Shown one piece after another: positions 10,313 through 20,076 of a stretch of DNA of 64,000 nucleotides; positions within the stretch are counted from its first letter, which is position 1; each line of letters starts with the position of its first letter. Below the pieces are notes generated by a model. It was not told where the DNA came from. It did no database searches and saw only the letters and a program-made list of their open reading frames with translations. A program made the position numbers and the translations under genes. Origin of the DNA: an uncultured Spirochaetota bacterium (GTDB taxonomy: Bacteria > Spirochaetota > UBA4802 > UBA5550); assembly GCA_963827275.1 (NCBI GenBank), contig CAWHAA010000006.1, forward strand, positions 8,961-72,960. The letters run 5' to 3'.

Positions 10313-10975
10313 TTAACGTGAACAGATCCAGAGCTCTTCGGGGACGCCGGGCCAGCCGTGTATGCGCATCCTTTCTGTCACGGTCAGGCTGCCCAACAGC
10401 TCATAGAAGGCGGCGTCCCCCATGGAGAGCGGCTTCATGTGGCCGATGACTATCACCGTCTTGCCCCCCGCCTTTACATACGCCTCGAGCGCGCGAAAGG
10501 CGACCGGGCTTTCGGGCGGCGGCCAGCATATAAAAAGGCTCCGGCCGGGATGTTCGGCCGCGATCGTTTCGTCGCCCTTGAGCACGCGGTGATAGGTTGT
10601 GCGGAAGAGCCAGTTGCGCTCGGATATGTTGCTGATGTCCGCTTCGCCGGGGGGGTACCGGTCGTAAGCGATGATATCGGCCCCGCACGCCGCCAGGCAC
10701 CTGGCCCAGTAGCCGCTCCCCGCTGCGATCTCGATGAGCGGTGAATGGCGGGCGATCCGTTCAAGCGTTTCCGCAGTCGGGATAGCGAACGCGTACCGGC
10801 TCTTAAGGGAATCCCGCTCGAAGGAAAGCATCATCCTCGCCTTTTCAGGGCCGCCGCCTGAAAACCGGTCCATTATTTCCCGCACTTCCGCAAGCATCGG
10901 GTTGTCAATCGAGCGGTCAAGCGGAGTCGGCTCGTACGTGGTTATATCGATTGGCGAGACATTGTCCTGGGGCAT
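10313..10975 (-). CDS. Hypothetical protein with a class I SAM-methyltransferase-like glycine motif
   Basis: 220-aa ORF. LIEIAAGSGYWARCLAACGADIIAYD resembles SAM-MTase motifs I/II. No further family assignment is possible by eye. Confidence 0.5.
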   Translation of the reverse strand: MPQDNVSPIDITTYEPTPLDRSIDNPMLAEVREIMDRFSGGGPEKARMMLSFERDSLKSRYAFAIPTAETLERIARHSPLIEIAAGSGYWARCLAACGADIIAYDRYPPGEADISNISERNWLFRTTYHRVLKGDETIAAEHPGRSLFICWPPPESPVAFRALEAYVKAGGKTVIVIGHMKPLSMGDAAFYELLGSLTVTERMRIHGWPGVPEELWICSR

Positions 10976-11103
10976 GGGATGCTATCCATTGGAAATAGTG
11001 TAAAGGCGCCTGACAAGATACACGTCGTCGCTGAAGGCCTGTCAACCAATTTCTCTCGTCGCGGGGCTGGGTGTGAGGCGCGCCGGGCGGGACCGGGGTG
11101 AGA

Positions 11104-11132
11104 ATGCAAAAGGCGGACCCGGGTCCGCCTTG
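11104..11132 (-). terminator. Hairpin terminator downstream of 11146..11340(-)
   Basis: AGGCGGACCC/GGGTCCGCCT (11111-11130) is a perfect 10+10 palindrome. On the minus strand it is followed by TTTTGC. Confidence 0.55.
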
Positions 11133-11145
11133 GTTCCGCGTATGA

Positions 11146-11340
11146 CTATACCACCTTCTTGATGGGGCCAGGACCGGTGGATAATTTTTGCAGCTGTGCC
11201 TTGAGGTTGGAGATATCATTCAGGTACACGCTATACGTGGTGTGCATCCCCTTGCTCTTGGCATCGCGGGCAAGACGCTCTTTCCTGACGATCTCCTGTT
11301 CAATTTTGCTTGCCTGGTCTACTACCTTTGTTTTGTTCAT
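11146..11340 (-). CDS. Small hypothetical protein (64 aa, Lys/Glu-rich, likely helical)
   Basis: ORF with ATG start and a terminator hairpin 15 nt after the stop. No recognisable family. Confidence 0.4.
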   Translation of the reverse strand: MNKTKVVDQASKIEQEIVRKERLARDAKSKGMHTTYSVYLNDISNLKAQLQKLSTGPGPIKKVV

Positions 11341-11653
11341 TTATCAGCCTCCATATTCTAATAAACTTTCAGGGCATCCGGATTATTCTAATAATCATTA
11401 CCGCGATGGGCCTGCCGCGTTGAGTAACAGTCTCGTACCGTGCCTCCATGCACCTGTTCGGCATCAGACCAATCGCATCTTAAACCTTACTAATTTATAC
11501 AAGAAATCAGGTATCGTCAAATAAAATGTTAATTTTTTGTAAAAAAAGTCACTTCCAATGTTTTGTCAAGATTATTTTTTTTTAAAAGAATTGACTGCCT
11601 GGACAACCCCGTGCAATTCATGGGCTGAATATCATTCAGGAGAGAGACCGGCA

Positions 11654-12043
11654 ATGAAAAACGTTATGCTCTACGCTGCCGCGGCATTGTTCATGATGAC
11701 CGCCTGCGCAACGTTCTCCGGCAAGATGGTCGCGTCGAAAATCGATTCCCTGTCGGTGCGCTGTCTCGCGGAAAATGATGCGCTCAAGCCTTCTACGGAT
11801 AAATGGCACAACCTCAGCACCCAGGAGCGCACCAAGAAAAAAAAGGAATTGAGTGACTATAAAAAGAAGAGGATTGAGCTTTACCAGGACCTCGACAGCT
11901 TCAAGAGCCTTTACCTGGCCCACGCCGAAAAGGACGGGAAATGCGTGAAGAGCGAATGCGCGCCCCTGGTCAAGCTGCGCAAGTCGATCATGGAAGGCTG
12001 TCCCACAACGGGTGAGTACTTCCCGGATACCTCGTCAGAATAG
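11654..12043 (+). CDS. Lipoprotein, unknown function
   Basis: An internal ATG at 11654 is preceded by AGGAGAGAG. The signal peptide plus lipobox is MKNVMLYAAAALFMMTAC. The longer ORF-track start at 11558 lacks an SD. Confidence 0.6.
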   Translation: MKNVMLYAAAALFMMTACATFSGKMVASKIDSLSVRCLAENDALKPSTDKWHNLSTQERTKKKKELSDYKKKRIELYQDLDSFKSLYLAHAEKDGKCVKSECAPLVKLRKSIMEGCPTTGEYFPDTSSE

Positions 12044-12045
12044 GC

Positions 12046-12405
12046 ATGATCATCATCTACAGCACGCGCATGCTCCGTGTCCTCTCGCTCTGGTTTGCCG
12101 GGATCAGCGGGATAACCCTGTTTCCCCTGATCATTTTGCGAAAGGAGATGCGGGGGACGGCGGAGGCGGCGGTCACCATCAACCACGAGCGGATCCACGT
12201 CCGCCAGCAGCTGGAGCTCCTGCTCGTGGTTTTTGCGCTCTGGTATCTCGGATCGTATCTGTACGGCCGGATCCGGGGCCTTTCCCGGTATGACGCGTAC
12301 CGCAATATAATCTTCGAACGCGAGGCCTTCGCCTGCATGCATGATCCCGATTACCTGAAGAAAAGGAGGATGTTCGCTTTCCTCCGCTACCGGAACAGCC
12401 GGTAA
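12046..12405 (+). CDS. Small membrane protein with an HExxH motif (HERIH)
   Basis: 119 aa, starting 2 nt after the previous stop. Two hydrophobic segments flank TINHERIHVRQQLE and a later FEREA motif. It is a possible minimal zincin-like protein. Confidence 0.5.
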   Translation: MIIIYSTRMLRVLSLWFAGISGITLFPLIILRKEMRGTAEAAVTINHERIHVRQQLELLLVVFALWYLGSYLYGRIRGLSRYDAYRNIIFEREAFACMHDPDYLKKRRMFAFLRYRNSR

Positions 12406-12440
12406 CACTGCAACCATGCGACACGGAACGGTCCATACGA

Positions 12441-14624
12441 ATGCCTGCTGACATCAATAATTATTTCGCATCGTGCGCCCGCGGGGTCGAGCCGATCCTG
12501 GATGAGGAGCTGCGCTTGCTCGGCGCGACCGGCGCCGGCGTGACCGCCGGCGGCGTCCGGTTCTCCGGGACGCTCGCGGCCGCGCTCCGGGCATGCCTCT
12601 GGTCGCGTACCGCCGGACGGATCTACCATGTCCTCGGCTCGTACGCCGTCTCGGATACGAAGGAACTCTATGACGCGGTCCGCCAGGTCCCCTGGGAGGA
12701 GCACGTGTCGGCGAAAGGGACGATCGCCGTCGATTTCAGCGGCTCCGGCGCGGGCGTATCAAATACAATGTTCGGCGCGCAGCTCGTGAAGGACGCAGTC
12801 GTCGACAGGCTGCGCGAGCGGAGGGGAGAGCGGCCGTCGGTGGACCCGGCGCGGCCGGACACGCTGATCAACTGCAGGCTCATGAAGAGCGGCATGGAGC
12901 TGCGGATCGACCTCTCCGGGGCAAGCCTGCACCTGCGCGGGTACCGTACCGAGGCGGGGTCCGCGCCCCTCAGGGAGACGCTCGCCGCCGCACTTCTCAT
13001 CAAGGCCGGCTGGCCTGCAATAGCGGGGGAGGGAGGGCCGTTCCTTGACCCGCTCTGCGGATCGGGCACGCTCGTCATCGAGGCGGCCCTGATGGCGGCC
13101 GACACGGCCCCGGGGCTCCTCAGGGAGCGGTGGGGATTCACGGCATGGCCGGGGTTTGACCGCGGGACATGGGACGCGCTTATCGCCGAAGCGCGCGAGC
13201 GCCGGGAGTCGGGGATGCTGAAAGCGTCCCCCTGCTTCGGCTTCGATATTGACCGGGAGGTCGTCAGGATCGCCCGGCACAACGCGAAGCGCGCACAGCT
13301 GGAAACGCTGGCCAGGTTCGAGACACGTCCCCTGGAGCGCGCCGCGCCGCCGGACGGGGCGGCACGGGGCCTGGTGCTGACCAACCCCCCGTACGGGGTA
13401 CGGCTGGGCGGCACGGACGAGCTGGGCGCGCTCTACGCGCAGCTCGGCGATGTCCTCAAGGCGTCATTTCCCGGCTGGCAGGCCGCGGTCTTTACCGGCG
13501 AGCCGGACCTCGGGAAGCGGATGGGCCTGCGCGCCCATCGCTCAAACGTGTTCCACAACGGACCGATTGAATGCCGCCTTCTCCAGTTCAGCGTGGAGCC
13601 GGACCGCTTCGTGGACCGTGACGCGCTCGATTCGCGCGCAGAGCGGATCGCCCTTGACCGGGCGCTCTCGCGGGGCGCCGACGCCTTCATGAACAGGATC
13701 AGGAAAAATTTGCGGACCGTCGGCGCGTGGGCCAGGCGCGAGGGGATCTCCTGCTACCGCCTCTATGACGCCGACCTCCCGGAATACGCGGTCGCGGTCG
13801 ATATCTACGGCGACCGGGTACACGTGCAGGAGTACGCGGCGCCTTCCTCGATCGACGCGGAGAAGGCCGCGGCGAGGCTGGCAGACGCGGTCACGGTGCT
13901 GCCCGCAGCCCTCGGGGTCCCGCCCGGCCATATCGTCCTGAAAATACGGCGGCGCCAGAGAGGGAAGGAACAGTACGGCAGGCAGGACGCGCGTGGCGAA
14001 TTCATCGAGGTGAGCGAGGGCCCGTGCAAATTTCTCGTCAATCTTACGGACTACCTGGACACCGGCCTGTTCCTCGACCACCGCCTTACCCGCGACATGA
14101 TACGGCGCCTTGCCCGCGGGAAGCGTTTCCTGAACCTGTTCTGCTATACCGGGACCGCGACCGTGCACGCCGCGGCCGGCGGCGCGGCGTCAACAATGTC
14201 CGTTGACATGTCGCCGGTGTACCTCGAATGGGCGCAGAGGAACCTTGACCTCAACGGGGTGAGGGGCAGTGCCCATGGTCTTGTCAGGGCGGACTGCCTT
14301 GAGTGGATCGCCGACTGCCGGATGCGGTTCGACCTCATCTTCCTCGATCCGCCCACCTTTTCAAATTCCAAGAGGATGCGGGACACCTTTGACGTGCAGC
14401 GCGACCACGCGTGGCTCATCAGGGAGACGGCGCGCCTGCTCGCGCCCGGCGGGACCATCATTTTCAGCAACAACCGCTTAAAATTCAAGATTGACACGGC
14501 GGCGCTCGGCGATTGCACTATCACCGATATAAGCGCGGAGACCATTCCAAAGGACTTCGAGCGCAATCCGAAGATACACCGCTGCTGGACAATCACGCCG
14601 GGCGAAAAACGCCGCGGAGAATAA
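12441..14624 (+). CDS. rlmL: Bifunctional 23S rRNA methyltransferase RlmKL (m2G2445 / m7G2069)
   Basis: 727 aa. It has a THUMP-like N-terminus, a first MTase domain (DPLCGSGTLVIEAA, LTNPPYG) and a second SAM-MTase domain (FLNLFCYTGTATVHAA, IFLDPPTFSNSK). Length and order match RlmKL. Confidence 0.9.
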   Translation: MPADINNYFASCARGVEPILDEELRLLGATGAGVTAGGVRFSGTLAAALRACLWSRTAGRIYHVLGSYAVSDTKELYDAVRQVPWEEHVSAKGTIAVDFSGSGAGVSNTMFGAQLVKDAVVDRLRERRGERPSVDPARPDTLINCRLMKSGMELRIDLSGASLHLRGYRTEAGSAPLRETLAAALLIKAGWPAIAGEGGPFLDPLCGSGTLVIEAALMAADTAPGLLRERWGFTAWPGFDRGTWDALIAEARERRESGMLKASPCFGFDIDREVVRIARHNAKRAQLETLARFETRPLERAAPPDGAARGLVLTNPPYGVRLGGTDELGALYAQLGDVLKASFPGWQAAVFTGEPDLGKRMGLRAHRSNVFHNGPIECRLLQFSVEPDRFVDRDALDSRAERIALDRALSRGADAFMNRIRKNLRTVGAWARREGISCYRLYDADLPEYAVAVDIYGDRVHVQEYAAPSSIDAEKAAARLADAVTVLPAALGVPPGHIVLKIRRRQRGKEQYGRQDARGEFIEVSEGPCKFLVNLTDYLDTGLFLDHRLTRDMIRRLARGKRFLNLFCYTGTATVHAAAGGAASTMSVDMSPVYLEWAQRNLDLNGVRGSAHGLVRADCLEWIADCRMRFDLIFLDPPTFSNSKRMRDTFDVQRDHAWLIRETARLLAPGGTIIFSNNRLKFKIDTAALGDCTITDISAETIPKDFERNPKIHRCWTITPGEKRRGE

Positions 14625-14758
14625 ATTTCTTGATTTTTCACTGTTTGTCCGATTAATGTTTCAGGCAGCGGCCAATGCTGTCCCCCGGACGCTCCCGCGT
14701 CGTTTTATTCCAGCGCGGGTTTTGTGAAGATGCGATTCTTAACTGTAAGGATATAAAC

Positions 14759-16636
14759 ATGATAATGGAATCGATTTCCCGTGTTATCAAGACTGTCGAA
14801 GATTATTCGTCCTATTTATTCCTCCTGCTGCTTGCCATCATTCCCACCTCCGAGGCGGTGGTGCGGATATTCTTTAAAACGGGGATCCCGGACTCGAGCA
14901 TATATTTGCAGCACATGGTCCTCTGGATCACCTTCATCGGCGCGATGATCACCTCCCGCGAGCGGAAGCACCTTGCGCTCGCCGCCGGGGTCAACCTCAT
15001 GAGGGATTCCGTGAAGAAATGGGTGAGGACCGTGAGCGCCTTTCTCTCCGCGACGATATGCGTGGCCTTTGCCTGGAACGCGCTCTCGCTGGTGCTCATC
15101 GGCTTTGACCCCTCCAGGAGCGTCGGCTTCTTTCCCATACAGGCCGCGACGGCCATCATCCCCATCGGGTATGTCATCATGACCGTGCGTTTTATCACGA
15201 CCCTGCCGGCCGGGTGGCCGCAGAAACTGCTCGCTTCGGCCGGCGTGCTCCTTGGCACCTTCCTTTCGCTGTCGCAGATCGGCACTGTAATCGGCACGTT
15301 TTCCGGTGCGCTGCTGGAAGCGTACCAGCCGGCGGTCGCCGCAACCGCGGGAGCGGTCGGCTCGCTGACGTATCCGCTCATCATCGCGCTCCTGGTGTTC
15401 GCATTTCTGGACACGCCCATCTTCATAGTCATGGGCGGGCTGGCGTACCTGTTTTTCGTGCGGTCGGGCGGTTCGCTGGAAATCATCCCGAGCGAGGCCT
15501 ATACCATGCTCACCGACCAGGCCATCCCCACCATCCCGCTGTTCGCGCTTGCCGGTTTCATACTTTCCGAAAGCAAGGCGGGAGAGCGCCTGATACGCTT
15601 TTTCAGGGCCTTCTTCGGATGGCTCCCGGGCGGCATGGTCATCGCGGTGGTGCTGGTGTGCGCCTTCTTCACCACGTTTACCGGCGCATCCGGGGTGACG
15701 ATCCTCGCGCTGGGCGGGATCCTTTCCTATCTTCTTATCAACAGCGGGAAATACTCTGAAAATTTCACCTACGGGCTCCTGATCGTTTCCGGGAGCATCG
15801 GGCTCCTGTTCCCGCCGAGCCTCCCGCTCATCCTCTACGGGGTGGTGTCGCAGGTGAGCATCAAGAAGCTGTTCCTGGCGGGGATCATCCCCGGGACCTT
15901 CATGGTCATCGCGCTCACGGCCATGGGCGTCATCGCCGCGGTGCGCGGCAAGCTGGAGCGGCACCCCTTCGTGCTGAAGGAGGCCCTCTCCTCGGCCCGC
16001 GAGGCGGTATGGGAGCTCATGCTCCCCGTGCTGGTGGTAGGCTGTTTTTTCAGCGGCCTGGCGACCCACGTGGAGACCGCGGCCCTGACGGTGCTCTATT
16101 CTCTTATCATAACCATCGTCGTGCACCGGGACTACAAGCTCAGGGAGCTGGGGAGGGTCGTGATCAACTGCGTGCCGATCATCGGGGGGATACTCATCAT
16201 CCTCGCCCACGCGCGGGGCCTTTCCTATTACATCGTTGACGCCGAGTTTCCCATGCAGCTCACTTCGTGGTTCAGCGCCCATATCCATTCCAAGTATTTT
16301 TTCCTGCTGATGCTGAACGTGGGACTGCTGATCGTGGGGTTTTTCATGGACATCTTTTCCGCGATCATGGTGGTGGTGCCCCTCATCCTGCCGCTGGGGG
16401 CGCTCTTCGGCATTGACCCGGTCCACATGGGGATCATATTCCTCGCGAACATGGAGCTCGGGTTCAGCCACCCGCCCATCGGGCTGAACCTGTTCATGGC
16501 GTCCTACAGCTTCAAGGAGCCGCTGACGAGGATATACTGGCAGGTGCTCCCGTTCCTGTTCGTCCTGCTCTTCACGGTCCTCGTCATCACCTACGTGCCG
16601 CAGATGTCAACGCTGCTGATCAACCTGGTGGAATAA
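14759..16636 (+). CDS. TRAP transporter fused small/large permease (DctQ-DctM fusion)
   Basis: About 625 aa from ATG 14759 (the ORF track begins at 14675). The protein is polytopic: a DctQ-like N-terminal 4-TM part is followed by a DctM-like region (IPTIPLFALAGFILSES, GGMVIAVVLVCAFFTTFTGASGVTILALG). Confidence 0.85.
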   Translation: MIMESISRVIKTVEDYSSYLFLLLLAIIPTSEAVVRIFFKTGIPDSSIYLQHMVLWITFIGAMITSRERKHLALAAGVNLMRDSVKKWVRTVSAFLSATICVAFAWNALSLVLIGFDPSRSVGFFPIQAATAIIPIGYVIMTVRFITTLPAGWPQKLLASAGVLLGTFLSLSQIGTVIGTFSGALLEAYQPAVAATAGAVGSLTYPLIIALLVFAFLDTPIFIVMGGLAYLFFVRSGGSLEIIPSEAYTMLTDQAIPTIPLFALAGFILSESKAGERLIRFFRAFFGWLPGGMVIAVVLVCAFFTTFTGASGVTILALGGILSYLLINSGKYSENFTYGLLIVSGSIGLLFPPSLPLILYGVVSQVSIKKLFLAGIIPGTFMVIALTAMGVIAAVRGKLERHPFVLKEALSSAREAVWELMLPVLVVGCFFSGLATHVETAALTVLYSLIITIVVHRDYKLRELGRVVINCVPIIGGILIILAHARGLSYYIVDAEFPMQLTSWFSAHIHSKYFFLLMLNVGLLIVGFFMDIFSAIMVVVPLILPLGALFGIDPVHMGIIFLANMELGFSHPPIGLNLFMASYSFKEPLTRIYWQVLPFLFVLLFTVLVITYVPQMSTLLINLVE

Positions 16637-16656
16637 CAGGCCCGGGGCCCGCGCCA

Positions 16657-17655
16657 TTATTTTTTTTCGCGGAATTCCTTCAGGTAGCCCTGCAGCCGGT
16701 TGTAGAATTCGCGCGAGAAGGTCTTGCCCACGTATGCGTTGTGCCCCTTGACCGCTTCCTGGCGCCACAGCTCTTCTCCCCCGGCGGGGACCCGGTGTAT
16801 CTGCAGGCCGTTCTTGACCATGGTGTCCATCGCGCTTTTTTCCAGGGCGCTCGTTTCCACGTACAATGTTTCTATAACCTGCTGCGCGGATTTCTTCAGC
16901 CTGGGCCTCATGCCGGCCGGGATCTCGTCCCATGTCTTCTTGGTCAGGACGATGCCGCCCATCAGCGGCGCGATCTGGATCGTGCACATGTGCTTCGCGA
17001 TGCCAAACCACTGGAAGGACGCCGCGACCAGGGGCGGGGCGTAGAGCGCCTCGATCATGCCGTTCTGGAGCCCGGTCATGATATCATTGGTCGCCAGCGG
17101 TATCGCGTTGAAGTTCATGACGCGCCACGCCTGCAGCAGCTCGGCATCGCCCTCGGCGACCGAAAGCTTGAGCGGCTTCAGGTCTTTCGGGAGCATTACC
17201 GGTTTGGTGGAAAAGAAATTGATCCAGCCCGCCTTCGCCCATACAAGCACGCTGAACCCCTTGTTTGAAATAAGCTTTTCCAGGTACGGCGCCGATTTAG
17301 TTATGAGGTAGTCGAGCTCTTTGTCGTTGCGGACCATGAAGGGGAGGCTCAGCGCGAAGACGTCCGGCGTGATGTAGCTCATCCCCATGCCGGTGAAAAT
17401 GGCCGCCTGCAGCTGCCCGATGCGCATCTTTCGTATCATGTCGGGTTCGTTGCCGACAATGCCGCCCGGGTAGATCTTCATGTCGATGGTCCCGCCGGAT
17501 ATCGTCTTCCATTCGGCCGCGATCTTTTTCAGGGCCTTGTCCCACGGTGAACCGGTCGGGGCGATGCTCCCCACCTTGATGGTGAGCGGGTAGGCCGGCA
17601 GTACAGCCGCCGCGGCGATCATTAACGCTGCGAGGTATCGTGCGAGATGTTTCAT
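16657..17655 (-). CDS. TRAP transporter periplasmic solute-binding protein (DctP family; TatP-like partner of TatT)
   Basis: 332 aa with a signal peptide (MKHLARYLAALMIAAAAVLPA). DctP-like features are present (IKVGSIAPTGSPWDKALKK, the NFNAIPL region). It overlaps the upstream tatT stop by 4 nt. Confidence 0.85.
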   Translation of the reverse strand: MKHLARYLAALMIAAAAVLPAYPLTIKVGSIAPTGSPWDKALKKIAAEWKTISGGTIDMKIYPGGIVGNEPDMIRKMRIGQLQAAIFTGMGMSYITPDVFALSLPFMVRNDKELDYLITKSAPYLEKLISNKGFSVLVWAKAGWINFFSTKPVMLPKDLKPLKLSVAEGDAELLQAWRVMNFNAIPLATNDIMTGLQNGMIEALYAPPLVAASFQWFGIAKHMCTIQIAPLMGGIVLTKKTWDEIPAGMRPRLKKSAQQVIETLYVETSALEKSAMDTMVKNGLQIHRVPAGGEELWRQEAVKGHNAYVGKTFSREFYNRLQGYLKEFREKK

Positions 17656-18590
17656 TTTTTTGCTCCTTCTTTCGTGTCTGATAAAATCCGGTCCTCCCGG
17701 TGCTCCAGGAGCCAGCGCGCCTTGCGCTGGGCGATAATATTAGCGAGCCGGTTACCGCTCTTCTGCGAAACATCGACCGCGAGGGCCCTGTTGAGCAGTT
17801 CGGTGAATTCGGCGGCGTCCTGGTTGCTTACCGATACGGTTGAGGCGAGGGCGACATAGGGTGACGCGGTGCGGCCTTTCGAAATTTCAACGGCGCGCTC
17901 GAAATGGTGCCGCGCCTTATCGACGCTTCCGCCCATGGATTGCGGCAGCGAGCCGTAGTAAAGTATGAAGAATTCGTGGATCGCGCCGTCGTTGAAGGCT
18001 TCATCGAGCCGGAGGGCGTTTTCCATCATTGCCGCTGCCTTTTTCACGCCCATGCCGAGGTCAACGTTGAACGGGTCGGTCGCGTAGGCCGCCATCCAGC
18101 CCGCGCCGCACCAGTAGAGGAAGGGAACGTCCTCCTTCTGCATCGTGCCGAGGAAGTCATGGAGGGCGGCGCCACGCAGGGCGGCGGAGAAGCCGGGGTG
18201 TCTGACCTCGATCCCGTTGATGACATAGTCCCTGCCCCGGATGTACAGCTTGCGCGCCCGATCGGTCATGCCCGCCTTTTTCTCGAATTCCGCGTCAGGC
18301 AGCATGTCGGCCGGCGTCTGTACGTAGGCGTTGGCGTACATGATGAAGGCGCTCCCCGTGGACAGGTAGAGCCCCGGATTGTCCTTCACTTCATCAAGGA
18401 GGCTCTCGTACAGCTTGAGCGCGAAGGGAAGGGCGTCACCGACCAGCTCCGGGTCGTCATCGCCGGTGAAGACCGTGCCCGAGGTCGTGGAGGAAAGCGC
18501 GTTGGCGACCATGTTGGCGCCCGTCGATCCGCACGACATTGATACGGGGAGGAGAATAATAAGTATCCCGGCAAAGGTTCGTCTGTTCAT
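17652..18590 (-). CDS. tatT: TRAP transporter TatT (T-component) TPR-like lipoprotein
   Basis: 312 aa with lipobox LLPVSMSC. Strings typical of the TatT family are present: DDDPELVGDALPFALKLYESLL, EDVPFLYWCGAGWMAAYA, RLDEAFNDGAIHEFFILYYGS and RLANIIAQRKARWLLEH. Confidence 0.85.
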   Translation of the reverse strand: MNRRTFAGILIILLPVSMSCGSTGANMVANALSSTTSGTVFTGDDDPELVGDALPFALKLYESLLDEVKDNPGLYLSTGSAFIMYANAYVQTPADMLPDAEFEKKAGMTDRARKLYIRGRDYVINGIEVRHPGFSAALRGAALHDFLGTMQKEDVPFLYWCGAGWMAAYATDPFNVDLGMGVKKAAAMMENALRLDEAFNDGAIHEFFILYYGSLPQSMGGSVDKARHHFERAVEISKGRTASPYVALASTVSVSNQDAAEFTELLNRALAVDVSQKSGNRLANIIAQRKARWLLEHREDRILSDTKEGAKK

Positions 18591-18819
18591 ACGGTGCGCT
18601 ACCCCTCTTTTTTATGGATACAAGATACCTATTTTTACAATAAAGTCAATAACATTATCTATTCAATTATTTGGGAAATATTTTTACAAGGTTTGTTAAA
18701 TTTTATGTAGCCATTTGGAACAATCGTGGGCATATTCAGTATAAGTAAAGAGCGGATGGTCCGGGTTGGCCCCGATGTCCATGCGGGTATCACAAATTTA
18801 TTTTGGGGGATATTTAAAA

Positions 18820-19233
18820 ATGAGAACATTATTCATGGCCGCCTTCTTTTTTGTTGTTACGGCGTTCCTCTCCGGCTGCAGTATTTACGAGGGATATGCC
18901 GGACCCGACGGGGAGATGCTGAAGCAGTACATCGAGCCGGCAAAATTAAAAGAGCTTGTTGACAAGCCCCGGAAGGACATCTGGATCGTTGATGTGCGCC
19001 CGGCGTCGGCTTTTAAAAAAGCCCATATCCCGACGGCGAAGAATTTTCCCTCCAGCGAGATCATGAACAGGCTCGCAGAGCTGCCGAAGACCCAGTATCT
19101 TATCATGACATGCGAAACCGGCGGGCGGGCGCAGATAGTCATTAAGAAGCTCGAAAAGGCCGGGTATACCAGGTTCATGAACTGGGGGGCAAATTCCAGG
19201 TATTTCAAGGTGTACGGCTCCGTTTCAGAGTAG
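18820..19233 (+). CDS. Rhodanese-domain lipoprotein
   Basis: Starts at ATG 18820 with MRTLFMAAFFFVVTAFLSGC (lipobox). The rhodanese active-site loop is CETGGRAQ. Confidence 0.75.
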   Translation: MRTLFMAAFFFVVTAFLSGCSIYEGYAGPDGEMLKQYIEPAKLKELVDKPRKDIWIVDVRPASAFKKAHIPTAKNFPSSEIMNRLAELPKTQYLIMTCETGGRAQIVIKKLEKAGYTRFMNWGANSRYFKVYGSVSE

Positions 19234-19275
19234 CCGGGTTCGGGAAATTATTATAATCGGGAGAGGATAACGTCT

Positions 19276-19785
19276 ATGAAGCGTGCCATGGCAGCAGCGG
19301 GTATACTTGTGCTTTCAGCTATTTTTTTGGCCGGATGCGGGAAGGGCGTCCGCGTGACAGAGTACGGCCCCGCCAATGCGGGGAGTTCGATAATGATCGC
19401 TTCGTATCCCAGCGAGTACAAAGACAGGATAACGCAGGGGCTGGTTGAACGGTATAAGGGCAGGTCGAAGATCGCGCTCGTGCCGCTCGGGAAGCTCAAT
19501 TCCATCGATCACCGCAGATACGACGTGCTGGTCATACTGGACGCGCTGCACGCGTGGCAGCTGTTCAATCCGACAACGAGATGGTTCGTCGGAAAAATAA
19601 AAGACCCGGCGGATATTGAAAAGGTGGTGCTCTTCTTTACGGCGGGGAAACCCTCGGAGCGGTACACCTTCATGGGGATCGACGCCATCACCGCAGCGTC
19701 CGAGGTCCAGGACGACGCCGGCAGCGTCGCGAAAATTGCGGCAAAGATAGACGAGGTGCTGAAAAGGGGCGGTAAGAAGCCCTGA
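19276..19785 (+). CDS. Lipoprotein, unknown function
   Basis: 169 aa. MKRAMAAAGILVLSAIFLAGC carries a lipobox. No recognised domain. Confidence 0.6.
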   Translation: MKRAMAAAGILVLSAIFLAGCGKGVRVTEYGPANAGSSIMIASYPSEYKDRITQGLVERYKGRSKIALVPLGKLNSIDHRRYDVLVILDALHAWQLFNPTTRWFVGKIKDPADIEKVVLFFTAGKPSERYTFMGIDAITAASEVQDDAGSVAKIAAKIDEVLKRGGKKP

Positions 19786-19806
19786 AACTCCCGCGCGTGC
19801 GCCGGC

Positions 19807-20076
19807 TCACCTGTTCTCCTGCGCCTTCCTGATAAGATCGATCAGCGATGAGATCTTTTCGGCGGGCGGGGCGAATATCCGCTCCTGTTCTTCGGCGGTA
19901 TAATTTTCGTTGATGAACGTTTCTATGTCCATCGCTTCGAACCAGCAGTCCCTGATCTTCCTGCAGGGTATGCCGCCGTTGCCGGTGCGGCAGTACTTGA
20001 AGGGAACGTGATGGCCCAGCGAGCGGCAGTACGCGCTGGTATCGTCAAATTGTTCTTTCATGATGCTCCGTTTCAC
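19807..20076 (-). CDS. Small Cys-containing hypothetical protein (4 Cys in the N-terminal half)
   Basis: 89 aa. The start overlaps the stop of the upstream CMD-family gene by 4 nt. Cys pattern: C-x11-C-x8-C-x5-C. Confidence 0.5.
   Translation of the reverse strand: MKRSIMKEQFDDTSAYCRSLGHHVPFKYCRTGNGGIPCRKIRDCWFEAMDIETFINENYTAEEQERIFAPPAEKISSLIDLIRKAQENR

Noticed and set aside
11341-11653. Long intergenic regions (also 5806-6003 and 18591-18819) inspected for riboswitches and structured RNAs
   Set aside because: I could see no conserved riboswitch, SRP, 6S, RNase P or tmRNA signatures. A covariance-model scan would be needed to exclude them.
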